From: Eledone cirrhosa
Lineage: Eukaryota
Direction: 5' to 3'
Assembly: GCA_964016885.1 (NCBI GenBank)
Contig: OZ024740.1
Span: 259,842,001 to 259,906,000 of the forward strand
Length of the DNA: 64,000 bases
Shown here piece by piece: positions 13,216-25,797 of this stretch (the stretch's first letter is position 1; each line of letters begins with the position of its first letter). Below the pieces are notes generated by a model. It was not told where the DNA came from, searched no databases, and saw only the letters and a list, made by a program, of their open reading frames with translations. A program made the translations under genes and the position numbers.

Positions 13216-13897
13216 CAGTGTTTCCCAACGTGGGCGCTGTTGTGTTGAAAGGGGGCGCTGGAAGTTTTTCTTTCATTGGGGGGGGGGGGGTGAATATACT
13301 CAGATGGACGGTGGGCATTTATTCATTTTTTTTCTTCCAAATCTTTTTCTTTCAAATTTTCAAAAATCTAAAAAAACACTTTTTCTACTTTGGCAACACC
13401 AAACAAATTCCTGGCACCATGTTTAACTGGTGTCGCTAAAATGAAATCGCCAAAACAAAAACAAAAACAAAAAACAGATGGTGACAGACGATTAAAATAA
13501 AAAATAAAAAACAATGAATCTAAATGAAAAGCTGAATGTGTGTATTTGTGTGCAAATATATAAAGAATGGTGCTCAGAATTTTAGATTAAACTGGTTTTC
13601 GGGAGTGGCTGATATGTATGTGTTTGTATGTATGGGTACGTTTGTATGCATATGATTGCGTGTACGTGAGTGCGTTGCTGTTTTGAATTCCTTTCTGAGA
13701 TTTAACTTAAATTGACCCCTGGCGATTAAAGGCCCAACCACACACGCGCATACACACACATTTGTTTTAGGTTTTGTACCCATTTGATGTAAGATGAATT
13801 TAGTATCTTATTTGAATTTTAATTTGACAGGGGGGCACCGACAAAACAATTTGCGCCCAAAGGGGGCGCTGGGTGATAAAAAGGTTGGGAAACCCTG
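13216..13897. mobile_element. Non-autonomous hAT (Charlie-like) element
   Basis: TIRs cagtgtttcccaac / gttgggaaaccctg; 8-bp TSD cactaggc / tgctaggc; subterminal ggggcgct motifs. Confidence 0.85.
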
Positions 13898-14109
13898 TGC
13901 TAGGCCATGTACCATTACTCTTAAACATGGTAAAACATAGCCCAGTTGAATATTTTAACAATTAATAAGACATCTTCACATTTGCAGATTAAATAATTGC
14001 TGAAAACTGCAATTTCAAGAGCAGTAACAGCCACAGTCACCACTGGCACTATCCTCATGATCACCATCATCATTCTCATCATTATGTACATATTTCCATG
14101 CTTGCATTT

Positions 14110-14625
14110 GTTAGAAAAGACCTTTCCACTTGATTTTGATTCTGTCCTTAGTTCTGACATTTGTGAAGTTCAGAGTCCCACAAGCAGCTTTTGCCACTTC
14201 TGTCCATGTCTGTCTTGGCTTTACTCTTCTGTTGCTTCCTTCCAATTTCTTTGTATAGGTTAGATAAGTCCTCTCCAGTACAGCATCTCTCCACTTGTAT
14301 CTTTCCTTTGCCATCTCTTCTGTGAAGTGTATTTTCTTGAGATTGGGTTCTGTTACCTCTCCCCACATCTTTCTTGATCTTCTTCCCAATTCCTTAGCAT
14401 AGGTTAGACAAGTCCTCTCCAGTACAGCATCTCTCCACTTGTATCTTTCCTTTGCCATCTCTTCTGTGAAGTGTATTTTCTTGAGATTGGGTTCTGTTAC
14501 CTCTCCCCACATCTTTCTTGATCTTCTTCCCAATTCCTTAGCATAGGTTAAACAAGTCCTCTCCAGTACAGCATATCTCCACTTCTGTTACCTCTACCAA
14601 CATCTTTCTTGATCTTCCTCTTCTA
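14110..14625 (-). repeat. 144-bp tandem repeat of an RTE ORF C-terminus (~3 units)
   Basis: aagtcctctccagtacagc at 14266, 14410 and 14554; translates to repeated GRRSRKMWGEV...WRDAVLERT. Confidence 0.85.
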
Positions 14626-14639
14626 CTTGGAACTCTTGG

Positions 14640-17180
14640 TAGTTTTTTGCCAAGTGGGTGTCTTTGTTCTTGGAGACCAATATTGTTTGTGCTATGTCAA
14701 CCACCCTGGTATATGTGCATCTCCCTTGAGAGCTTGCTGGTAGAGGTTGATAAGATACATCCGATAGAATGTCAATTTTTTGTACCAGTAGCCGACAATC
14801 AAGTCTCTTCCTGGTGTTTTCTTATCTTGGAGTTTTCCTATCACAGTCTCAAGGGCATCTCATTTATTCTGCATGTTTTTGTTGTAGTGTAGAGGCAGTA
14901 GTTCTTTTGGATGCCACACTGCATCTTGGTTGAATTTCTTGTTACCCCATATTTTTCTCCAGAAATAATCTGTCTTTCTGGGATGGGGCCTCAGTGACAT
15001 TTATTACTTTGCCCTTCATATCTATATAGATTGATGCTTGGTTTCGTCTGAATCTTTTATTAATTATTTTTCTTTCAGCAACCCTCTTCTGGTATCGAAG
15101 TTTCTCGCTGACAGCTCTCGATTCTTGTTTGAGGGTCATCAGCTTATATTGAAGAGTTCTGGTTGTACTGTCTACAAACATCGTTTCTATTTTATTTTTC
15201 CTTCTTTGTTGGTGAGGAATGTAGCTTTTTTTTTTGCTTTTGTTTGCATGTAAGGAGCATTGTCACATATTCTAAAGTTTTCCGTAAGTCAGCAATCCTT
15301 TTTTCTATATTAGTAATATATGATGATATTTTTGGTGGTGTTTTGTTCTTGTTAACATCTCTGTTATCAATAAGATAATGTTTTACTGTCTTTGCCAGGG
15401 TATACAAACAGACGTTGATTTGCCAAAATGTAGGGATTGCATTCGTCGTAAATATTCATCCATAAGTTCATCAATAGCACGCAGGATTTCATTAATTGGT
15501 TTCATTTTGTTTAGTACTGTTGTTTTATTACGGTCCATGAGAGAGATGTTTATACATTAATTAATTTCTATCCGGAAAGTTTTGATGGCGGTATATTTCA
15601 ATTGTTTATACTCTTAATTTTCCAAGCTAATGGGAGATGTATTATTATTAACAGTATTTTCCAGAATAGTCGAAGTAGAGTCAGTTGATACATGTGATGT
15701 CAAATTTCTTATCGGCATCGTTGTTTCAAGGGACTGTTCATGTATTGCTGTTGTTTGTAGATGTTCAGCCTGGCTGCTAGAAAGTCTAGTAACATAGCAA
15801 CCTGTAGCACTGTTGTTGATTGCATGTTCAATCTGATAAAATAGAATATCACAGGGGTATATTTCAAGTGTGCTACTCTCTGTGCTACTATTTATTGTCG
15901 TTAAACCCCGTCCTTTCGGCTCAAGAAATTTGAAGGATACATAATTTGCCCACAGTAGGACATAAATATGAAACCTAACTCATAATTTCTTAATGAATGA
16001 CTTGAAACACTATGCCAAGATCATAAATGAGATAAAGAAAAATCTTTACCAAAGGATGTAGGAATGGAGTTTGGCCAGGATAAATTTTCATATATGATTG
16101 TAAAGTGGGGAAAAACTACAAGCAAATCTAGCAACATTTTTATCAATGGCCTAACTGTTTCACCAATTTCTGACGAGAACTGCTACAGATACCTGGGGAT
16201 AGATGAGAATATATCCTATGATGGTGTCTGTAACAAGGAACACGTAACTAGGGAATATTACACCCTATTAAGAAAAATATGGTCATCTTAAATCTCTGTG
16301 CACAATAAAACAGTGGCACACAATGTGTTTGCTGTGCCTGTCCTAACACCAACGTTTGGAATACTTGATTGGACGATAGCCGAAATCCGAGCAATTGATG
16401 TTAGAACTCGAAAAATACTAAACAACACTGGAAACTTCCACATCAACAGTGACATAGACTGAAGCGTAAGCAGGGAGGCAGAGGCCTAACATCAGTCCAG
16501 AGAGCATTTGAGTGACGCATTATATCCCCCCCACAACATTTATTATGAACCACCAGATGTAGAGACCATTTATTGAGCAAGTCTGTCTACAGGAGAGAAA
16601 TAAGGTCATGAGAGTTGGAAAGGAACTCCTTGAAAGATACTCCCTGCTTGATAATCAAAAACTCACTCAGCAATACCGCAGTGAATCTATGGATGAAAAA
16701 CTGCATGATTATCAGCAAAAAATCATGCATGGATATATAGTCAGGCGGCTCCAGAGTGACATTAATATAGATAAGCAAAGTAGTCTATCTTGGATCAACA
16801 ACCGCTAGATAGAGATAGAGATGCAGGCAAAATACCTAGATGTCATAAGCAGCTGTCCAAAGATGTCATCACAGTACTATCTACCTATGAGGCATGACGT
16901 AGTGGCCAAAATACTATACAATGCAATCCGTAGAAAAGTTAGCCCCGACAATATACATATTACAAGATACAGCAATGTGGAAGACATATACATACATAAT
17001 ATGAAAGAGTAATAGTGGAATGTTCCAGTAAAAACCACAATAAAATGCAAGCATAACAGTCCAGATATAATGATATGGGACAGAGAAAAGAAGGCATGCA
17101 GAGTAGTGGAAGTTAGCTGCCTAGCAGATGTCAGTATAATATTAAAGATTAGCAAAATGCAGAACCTGCTATGAACAATG
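14640..17180 (+). mobile_element. Decayed R4/Dong-like RLE non-LTR retrotransposon with inverted 5' part
   Basis: Plus strand ~15840-17170: RGIFQ, MEFGQDK, YRYLG, RKQGGRGL, ISSC...RHD, HNSPDIMIWD...VEVSC. Minus strand ~15830->14640: N-terminal-like INKRFRRNQASIY. Many stops. Confidence 0.75.
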
Positions 17181-19149
17181 TTTGACGCAGCCATCTAGCC
17201 ACACCTACCTCTTTACAGGTCCACCCAGCTCCCAAATATGGATCCACTTATGAGTAGGGTATGGTGCAGCCAACTGGCCAGACCCCTACCATAACAGGAT
17301 CACCCAGGTCCACACTATCAACATGGTTGATGTTAGGAAAGGCATCCAGCTGTAAAGAAATACAGTCCTATTTGAGCAAGATATGGCATGGCCAAATGGC
17401 TAGACTTGCCTCATATTGTCGACAACCTGTCTGACTCATGCAAGCATGGAAATTATGTTAAATGATGATGATGATGATATATATTGCATCATATGTATTG
17501 CATCATAATGGCCTGTGCGTGTCTATAAATACTAAGTTGTCTTTCATTCTTTAAATATATTTCTTACACATGAAAATAGAATATCATTTGAGCACACATT
17601 CATCTGTTCAACACTCGTGTCTCACTTACATTTGATCTCGTTTTGGCAGTTGGTTTCTACAGTTGGATGCCCTTTCTATCACCAACCACTTCACAGAGTG
17701 TAATGGATATTATCATCATCATTTAACATCTACTTTCCATATTAGTATGGGTTGGAAAGCTTGTCATGGTCCAAGACTAGTCAAGTTGGAGAGACTTCAT
17801 CTTGTTCATACATTCCATATTTGGAATGATGGATGCCTTTCCTAATGCCAACCACCTTATAGAGTATACTGGGTATATTTTATTGTGGCACCAACACTAA
17901 TGCTTTACAGAGTATACTGAATGCATTGTACATGGTTCCAGTACTAGAAAGGTTGTCATATGCTCAGAGAGAGAGAGAGAACGAGAGAGAGAGTGAGGGA
18001 GAGAGAGAGAGGGAGAGAGAGGTGTGTGTTATGCATAATACTGTACTGCAGAAGACCCGCCTTTCCATGTGCATACAATAAAACAAAGATGTAGAGGACA
18101 TGTCTGCACTAATCTACTCATTACCCCTCTCCATTCACCCTCCTCAGTCTTAATACCTGACCCTCATCAGCTACATATCCCATGCATCTCATCCATGTCA
18201 AAACCTCACTTCTCATCCATGATACACCTCACCTGCCCGATCCATACATACAAGCATGTAAGCTGGATATGCTCTACATCTGATCTCCCACAATATCATT
18301 GCCACGATAAAAAGCACCTGGTCCGGTCTGTTAAATGATGATGATCAAGACATGTTATTTGTACATTGTGTGTGTGTTTTGGAATGTTGTCATCCCAACA
18401 CAAATGACTATAATAATGATCAATCCCTCTAATAGTTTTAAAATATCAGAAAAAGATCCCTGGAGTACTTCAGTTTTTTTTTAAAACTATTATTATAGTC
18501 GTAAGCATTGTAATGACTACATTTCAAATTTCCCCAATGCTTCATATATATACATGCACACACATGTACACACATGTATGTGTGTGTTTATATATATTAT
18601 TATGCATACATATATGTGTTTGTGTGTGTGTGTATATTATGCACCTTCATTTCTCTATTCCATTTAACTGCCACTGCCAGCCTAACACCTCCCCCGCCCA
18701 ACAACAACAACTGTACATTTCTGCCAAATGTGCATTCCAGAATACACACACTCACACATATGTATGAACACACATCTCCACCAACAACACACTTAACAAA
18801 CGCACCGTGATGCACATCTCACCAATTGCACTTCCATCACCCCCACCCCACCAGGACACTGCACCACTCCCCCTACAACCTTCTTGTTTTATTTTTAACT
18901 TCATTGTACCCTATTTCATTTTATTTTTTACAGTTTTCTTTCTTCAACGTTTTTTCTTTATTATTTTCATTTTATGTTATTCCTGACAAAGGTCAAATGC
19001 CTGACACGTTGACTATGTTACTCTTTTTCCAAGCATGAAACTAATAAACTTTATGTTATTGCATCTTCTTGGTCGTTCATTCATTTCATGTTTCTTTGAC
19101 TATATATATACATATATATATATATATAGTCATGAGGAGAGACCGAAGT

Positions 19150-19725
19150 AAATGCATCCAGTGAAGCCCCCAGCCCACACTGTAAAGTGGACGTGTAGTT
19201 GTCATGACAAAAACCACCCAGTCCACACAGTAAAGAGGTTGTGTAGGTGTCATGACAAAATGCAACCAGTACTCACTGTAAATGAGGTTGGTGTTAGGAA
19301 GGGCATCCAGCTGTAGAAACTAAGCCAGAATCAGTCATGTATGACCAATACAAAGTCACCTGACCTAGCATTGCCCACAACAGGACAACTAGTCTAACCC
19401 ATGCTAGCATGGAAGAATAAATGTAAAATGATGATGATAATATATGTATATACACACAAATATATATATATATTATATATAATGTTGGTACCATAAAACA
19501 TCCAGCCCACACTGTATAATGGTTGTGTAGGTGTAATGACAAAAAGCACCCAGCCCACACTACAAATGTGGTTGGTGTTAGGAAGAGCATCCAGCATAGA
19601 AAAGCAGCCAGAAGCAGTCCTATATAAGTGAGACATGGTCACCTGACCCAATTTGCTCTAATGGGACAAACATGTCTAACCCATGCTAGCATGGAAAATG
19701 GACTTTAAATGATGATGATGATGAT
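19150..19725 (+). mobile_element. Two adjacent SINE/RTE 3'-module copies ending in (gat)n
   Basis: cactgtaaa...gttggtgttaggaag(g/a)gcatccagc...acccatgctagcatggaa...tgatgatg occurs twice. Confidence 0.8.
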
Positions 19726-19866
19726 AGATACACAGATATATATATATACATATATATAGACATGTATATATATACATATATATATATACATATATATACA
19801 CATGTATACATATATACACATATATATATACATATATATATATACATATAAATATATACATATATA

Positions 19867-21141
19867 AGAAATTCCAAACATGGAAGCATGGCCTAGAATC
19901 AAAAGGCCTTAAAATTAACCTGTCTAAGACTAAAGTTCTAGTTTGTAGGAAGGAAAATAGGGCACCGGTCCCATCCGGGAAATGGCCATGCTCAGTGTGT
20001 AGGAAAGGAGTAGGTGTAGAAACTCCATTTTATGTCCCAAATGCAAAGTATGGGTGCATAAAAGATGTAGTGGGATCACAGGTAAGCTAACTAAGAACAT
20101 AGATTTTATATGTGGCTGGTGCTCTGGTGCAATAAGTAGCAGCAAGTGCCTACAGAATACTAGCTCATTCCATTACACAGATGGTTCTATAGAAATAGTG
20201 GACAGCTTCCGTTACCTGGGTGACAAAATGAGCAGTGGGGAAGGGTGCTCTGAAAGTACAGTAGCTCGAGTTAGGACTGGATGGAAAAAGTTCAGAGAGC
20301 TTATACTCCCTAAAAATGAAAGGCAGGCTGTATGATGCCTGCATACGAACAGCAATGTTACATGGGCAGTGAGACCTGGGCATTGTGTGCAGAGGATATA
20401 CGCAGACTGGAGAGGAACGAAGCTTGCATGCTCCGCTGGATGTGTAATAGTAATATACGTGAACGGCAAAGCATAAATGAACTAGGGGAAAAATTAGAAA
20501 TAAGAGGGATCAGATGTTGTTTACTCGAGAGAAGACTACGTTGGTATGGTCACGTGATGCGCATGAAAGACGACAGCTGTATAAAAAAGTGCAGGGCAAT
20601 AAAAATAGACGGTAGCCACGGAGTAGGCAGACCCAGAAAAACCTGGGACGACTTGATAAATTCCGACCTCACACACTTACATCTCTCCAAGACAATGTCA
20701 CTGGACCGAGATCTTTGGCGCTACACAGTAATAGAGAAGACCCGCCTTACCTAAGTACAAAGTGAAACCTACTACAGTCAGTAGGCACCTCTAACAAAAT
20801 ACACCCTCGTCCCACTACCCCCACCCCATCCACACCACGCATTTCAATGTAAAGTTATGTTGGTACCACAACATCCAGCCCGAAACAAATTAGGTCGTGT
20901 AGGTGTCATGACAAAAAAACACACAGACCACGCTGTAATGTGGCCGTGTAGGCAACACGGTAAAAACCTCCCCGCCCCACACTGTAAATGTGGTTGGTGT
21001 TAGGAAGGGCATCCAGCCGTAGAAAACCCGCCAGACAGTCCTATGCGAGCAAGACAACCACTCTTGCCACAAGTGGGAAAACTCCCGTCCATACCCATGC
21101 AAGCGTGGAATATGGACGTTAAACGATGATGATGATGATGA
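19867..21141 (+). mobile_element. 5'-truncated RTE LINE, subfamily A
   Basis: Close match to 24384-25797 including the PHD finger, with a small deletion near 20306, 3' UTR and (gat)n tail. Confidence 0.92.
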
Positions 21142-21665
21142 TACATGTATACATGTATACATATATACATATATATATACATGTATACATATATACATAT
21201 ATATATACATGTATACATATATATATACATGTATACATATATATAATATATACATATATATATACACATATATATATATATACACATATATATACATGTA
21301 TACATATATATAATATATACATATATATATATATACATGTATACATATATATAATATATACATATATATAATATATACATATATATATATACATGTATAC
21401 ATATATATAATATATACATATACATGTATACATATATATAATATATACATATATATATATACATGTATACATATATATAATATATACATATATACATGTA
21501 TACATATATATAATATATACATATATATATATACATGTATACATATATATAATATATACATATATACATGTATACATATATATAATATATACATATATAC
21601 ATGTATACATATATATAATATATACATATATATATATACATGTATACATATATATATACATATAT
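21142..21665. repeat. Complex (TA)/(CA) microsatellite with recurring atacatgtat unit
   Basis: Direct reading. Confidence 0.95.
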
Positions 21666-24600
21666 TTATATAAATCTTGTATTTTCGTTTATTGTTAAAT
21701 TATGCCCAAAATTTTTTCTCGATTCTTCTCTCCATTCGAACCCATTCATTCAATCACTTCTATGTCCTAATTTCACACTATATCATATTTTCACCATTCT
21801 ATATCATATCTTTTCTCTAAAAATCATATTTTCCCTATCACCGCATTTTCTCTATCGTATTTTCTTAAACAAAACAAATCTTGTATTTTCGTTTATTGTT
21901 AAATCATGCCCAAAATACGGCGATCTTATCTTAAACCTTACATTCTCGCTAACAACCCATCATCCCTCCCTCCCGCCCCCACGCACCACCATTATTACGT
22001 GGACCAATCATAAGTCAGAGGCCCATACTATCGCTTAACTGGTTGCTTTTCGATATGATGGATGGACTACGGAATTCTGGAGAGTTGAAGAGAGAAAAAT
22101 GTGGACGCTCAGCGACAATGCCAAAGATAAAGCCAAATTCACCTCGTGGACGAGAATGCAAGCACTCCTCCTTGTTTCGGCCCAGGATGGCTAACATAAC
22201 CCCCCCCCCCCCCCCCCACGCCCCACCGCTCCCACCCTCCAAACGCAATCCAAAACTTCAGAGTTGGTACCATGAATGTAGGCACCTTAAAGGGTCGCTC
22301 TAACGAGGTTGTAGAAATGCTTGAACGTAAGGAGGTCGATGTTTGTTGTATTCAAGAGACCAGGTGGAGGGGAGGGTCGGCTAGATTCATCGTGGGTAAA
22401 GAACGATGCTATAAGCTTTTCTGGGTGGGAAATGACAATGGGTTGGGTGGGGTAGGAATCATGGTAGCAGAAAAGTGGGCAGATAAGATAATAGACGTAA
22501 ATAGAGTGAACGACAGAATAATTAAAATAAGACTTGTCCTCAATAAAACTACGGTGACAGTAATATCTGCGTACGCACCCCAATCCGGACTGCCCCGCGC
22601 TATAAAAGACAGATTCTACGAGACACTGATGCTCGCTACCTCCCAAATAACCGACAGTGACTATATAGTTATTGCAGGCGACCTAAATGGTCACGTTGGA
22701 CAACATTGTGACGGCTATGACGGAATCCATGGAGGCTATGGGTTCGGTACTAGAAATGAGGAAGGCTCCAGAATCCTGGAATTCTGCGACGCAAATAACT
22801 TAACTATCTGTAACACTAACTTCAAAAAACGAGACAATCACCTGATCACCTATAGATCGGGGGAACACACAAGCCAGGTAGATTATATCCTTACCAGAAG
22901 ACGTGACAGAGTGTCTGTTGTTAACACTAAATCCCACCCCCATGAAGAATTCACCTCCCAACATAGACTGATAATTAGCGACCTCATAGTCAGGACGAGA
23001 CGTACTAGACAGCGGAAGAGGACTATCCTCAGGAGAAAAATATGGAAGCTAAAGGACCCCATAGCCAGAAATAAATTTCAAAGCAAATTACTTGACGCTT
23101 TCGACAGTAAGGAAGAGCAATTAGAGTCGTATAATATAGAGGAACAGTGGGAATTCCTGAGAGCAAACCTGCTGACGGCGGCAGACGAAGTCTGTGGCTG
23201 GAGCAGGCCTGTAGGTAGGAGGAGAGTAACATGGTGGTGGAACAGTAAGGTGGAGGAGTCAATTAAGGCCAAAAAGCAGGCTTGGAAAGTATGGCGGGAT
23301 GGGGGAAGTAGAGAAGACTATCAAGTGGCCAGGAGGGAAGCTAGGAGACAAGTGTACTTCGCAAGAAGGGAAGCAGAGGAAAGAAAGTTCAAGCATGTTC
23401 TACAACGTGAGGACCAAAAACGTGAGGTGTTCAGGATTGCCAGGCAATGTGTCAAGGAAAACCGTGATATTGTCGGGGAGAAGTGTGTACTTAACGATGA
23501 TGGCATACTTGCCATCACCGACGCTGATAAGAAGGTAGCTTGGAAGTGTCACTACGAAAGGCTTCTAAATGAGGAGAACAAATGGGAGAAAGACAGTCTC
23601 CCCCAGATCGATCCAATAGAGGGACCAGCAGTGTTAGTTGAAGGTAGTATAATAAGTAAGGCAATCAAAGATATGAAGACGGGTAAGGCGGCTGGGCCTT
23701 CGGAAATAGTTGCTGAGATGCTGAAGGCATCTGGTTCGGTGGGACACACCATGGTCACCCGGATAGTTAACCAAGTCGTACAGAATGGGGTTGTTCCGAA
23801 GGAATGGCGTAGCAGCATCATCGTTAACTGCTATAAGGGAAAAGGAGATGCCCTAGATAGGAGTAACTATAGAGGCATTAAATTAATCGACCAGGTCATG
23901 AAGGTCACGGAAAAAGTAATAGCGCAACTAATCAGAGAGAGAATTGATCTAGATGAAATGCAGTTCGGGTTTGTGTCAGGCAAAAGTACCACAGACGCTC
24001 TTTTAATTGTACGACAACTACAGGAGAAGTACCTAGCTAAAAGTAAACCCCTATACTTAGCTTTTGTCGACTTGGAGAAAGCCTTCGACAGAGTCCCCCG
24101 TTCCATTATCTGGTGGTCTCTTAGAAAACTAGGTGTTGACGAATGGCTTGTGAGAGCTATACAAGCCATGTATAAAGAAACAGTCAGTAAGGTTAGAATT
24201 AACAACGAATATAGTGAAGAGTTTAGCGTAAAAGTTGGTGTCCATCAGGGCTCTGTACTTAGCCCCCTACTATTTATTATTGCCCTTCAGGCTATAACAG
24301 AGGAGTTCAAGACCGGCTGCCCATGGGAACTCCTATACGCAGATGATCTAACGCTCATAGCTGAATCAATGACCGAACTAGAGAAGAAATTCCAAACGTG
24401 GAAGCACGGCCTAGAATCAAAAGGCCTTAAAATTAACCTGGCTAAGACTAAAGTTCTAGTTTGTAGGAAAGAAAATAAGGCGGCGGTCCCATCGGGGAAA
24501 TGGCCATGCTCAGTGTGTAGGAAAGGCGTAGGTAGAAACTCCATTTTATGTCCCAAATGCAAAGTATGGGTGCATAAAAGATGTAGTGGGATCACAGGTA

Positions 24601-25797
24601 AGCTAACTAAGAACATAGATTTTACATGTGGCCGGTGCTCTGGTGCAATAAGTAGCAGCAAGTGCCCACAAAATACTAGCTCCTTCAACTGCGCAGAGGG
24701 TTCTATAGAAATAGTGGACAGCTTCCGTTATCTGGGTGACAAAATCAGCAGTGGGGGAGGGTGCTCTGAAAGTACAGTAGCTAGAGTCAGAACTGGATGG
24801 AAAAAGTTCAGAGAGCTTATACCACTATTAGCCGCTAGAGGGTTCTCCCTAAAAATGAAAGACAGGTTATACGATGCCTGCATACGAACAGCAATGCTGC
24901 ATGGCAGTGAGACCTGGGCATTGTGTGCAGAGGATATACGCAGACTAGAGAGGAACGAAGCTTGCATGCTCCGCTGGATGTGCAATAGTAATATACGTGA
25001 ACGGCAAAGCATAAACGAACTAAGGAAAAAATTAGAAATAAGAGGGATCAGATGTTGTTTACTCGAGAGAAGGCTACGTTGGTACGGTCACGTGATGCGC
25101 ATGAAAGACGACAGCTGTATAACAAAGTGCAGGGCAATAAAGATAGACGGTAGCCACGGAGTAGGCAGACCCAGAAAAACATGGGACGAGCTGATAAATT
25201 CCGACCTCACACGCTTACACCTCTCCAAGACAATGTCACTGGACCGAGACCTTTGGCGGTACTCAGTAATAGAGAAGACCCGCCTTACCTAAATACAAAG
25301 TAAAAACCTACTACAGTCAGTAGGCATCTCTATCAAAACACACCCCCGTCCCACCACCTCCACCCCACCCACACCGCCCCTTTCAATGTAAAGTTATGTT
25401 GGTCCCACAACATCCAGGCCGAAACAAATGAGATTGTGTAGGTGTCACGACAAAAAACACACAGTCCACGCTGTAAATGTGGCCGTGTAGGCAACACGGT
25501 AAAAACCTCCCAGCCCCACACTGTAAAGGTGGTTGGTGTTAGGAAGGGCATCCAGCTGTAGAAAACCCGCCAGACAGTCCACGCTGTAATGTGGCCGTGT
25601 AGGCAACACGGTAAAAACCTCCCAGTCCCACACTGTAAATGTGGTTGGTGTTAGGAAGGGCATCCAACTGTAGAAAACCCGCCAGACAGTCCTATGCGAG
25701 CAAGACAACCACTCTTGCCTCAAGTGGGAAAACCCCCGTCCAAACCCATGCAAGCGTGGAACACGGACGCTAAACCTGATGATGATGATGATGATGA
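21666..25797 (+). mobile_element. Apparently full-length RTE-clade LINE, subfamily A
   Basis: Putative 5' UTR with a 41-bp direct repeat (21672/21877), single long ORF, ~500-bp 3' UTR and (gat)n tail; flanked by TA microsatellite on both sides; 5' boundary approximate. Confidence 0.9.
22272..25292 (+). CDS. RTE ORF: APE endonuclease + reverse transcriptase with embedded PHD-type finger, 1006 aa, uninterrupted
   Basis: EN motifs TMNVGTL, IQETRW, GDLNGHVG, VDYIL, SQHRLI; RT motifs NYRGI, QFGF, FVDLEKAFD, GVHQGSVLSPLLF, YADDL, FRYLG; C-terminal RRLRWYGHV...GRPRKTW. Confidence 0.95.
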   Translation: MNVGTLKGRSNEVVEMLERKEVDVCCIQETRWRGGSARFIVGKERCYKLFWVGNDNGLGGVGIMVAEKWADKIIDVNRVNDRIIKIRLVLNKTTVTVISAYAPQSGLPRAIKDRFYETLMLATSQITDSDYIVIAGDLNGHVGQHCDGYDGIHGGYGFGTRNEEGSRILEFCDANNLTICNTNFKKRDNHLITYRSGEHTSQVDYILTRRRDRVSVVNTKSHPHEEFTSQHRLIISDLIVRTRRTRQRKRTILRRKIWKLKDPIARNKFQSKLLDAFDSKEEQLESYNIEEQWEFLRANLLTAADEVCGWSRPVGRRRVTWWWNSKVEESIKAKKQAWKVWRDGGSREDYQVARREARRQVYFARREAEERKFKHVLQREDQKREVFRIARQCVKENRDIVGEKCVLNDDGILAITDADKKVAWKCHYERLLNEENKWEKDSLPQIDPIEGPAVLVEGSIISKAIKDMKTGKAAGPSEIVAEMLKASGSVGHTMVTRIVNQVVQNGVVPKEWRSSIIVNCYKGKGDALDRSNYRGIKLIDQVMKVTEKVIAQLIRERIDLDEMQFGFVSGKSTTDALLIVRQLQEKYLAKSKPLYLAFVDLEKAFDRVPRSIIWWSLRKLGVDEWLVRAIQAMYKETVSKVRINNEYSEEFSVKVGVHQGSVLSPLLFIIALQAITEEFKTGCPWELLYADDLTLIAESMTELEKKFQTWKHGLESKGLKINLAKTKVLVCRKENKAAVPSGKWPCSVCRKGVGRNSILCPKCKVWVHKRCSGITGKLTKNIDFTCGRCSGAISSSKCPQNTSSFNCAEGSIEIVDSFRYLGDKISSGGGCSESTVARVRTGWKKFRELIPLLAARGFSLKMKDRLYDACIRTAMLHGSETWALCAEDIRRLERNEACMLRWMCNSNIRERQSINELRKKLEIRGIRCCLLERRLRWYGHVMRMKDDSCITKCRAIKIDGSHGVGRPRKTWDELINSDLTRLHLSKTMSLDRDLWRYSVIEKTRLT

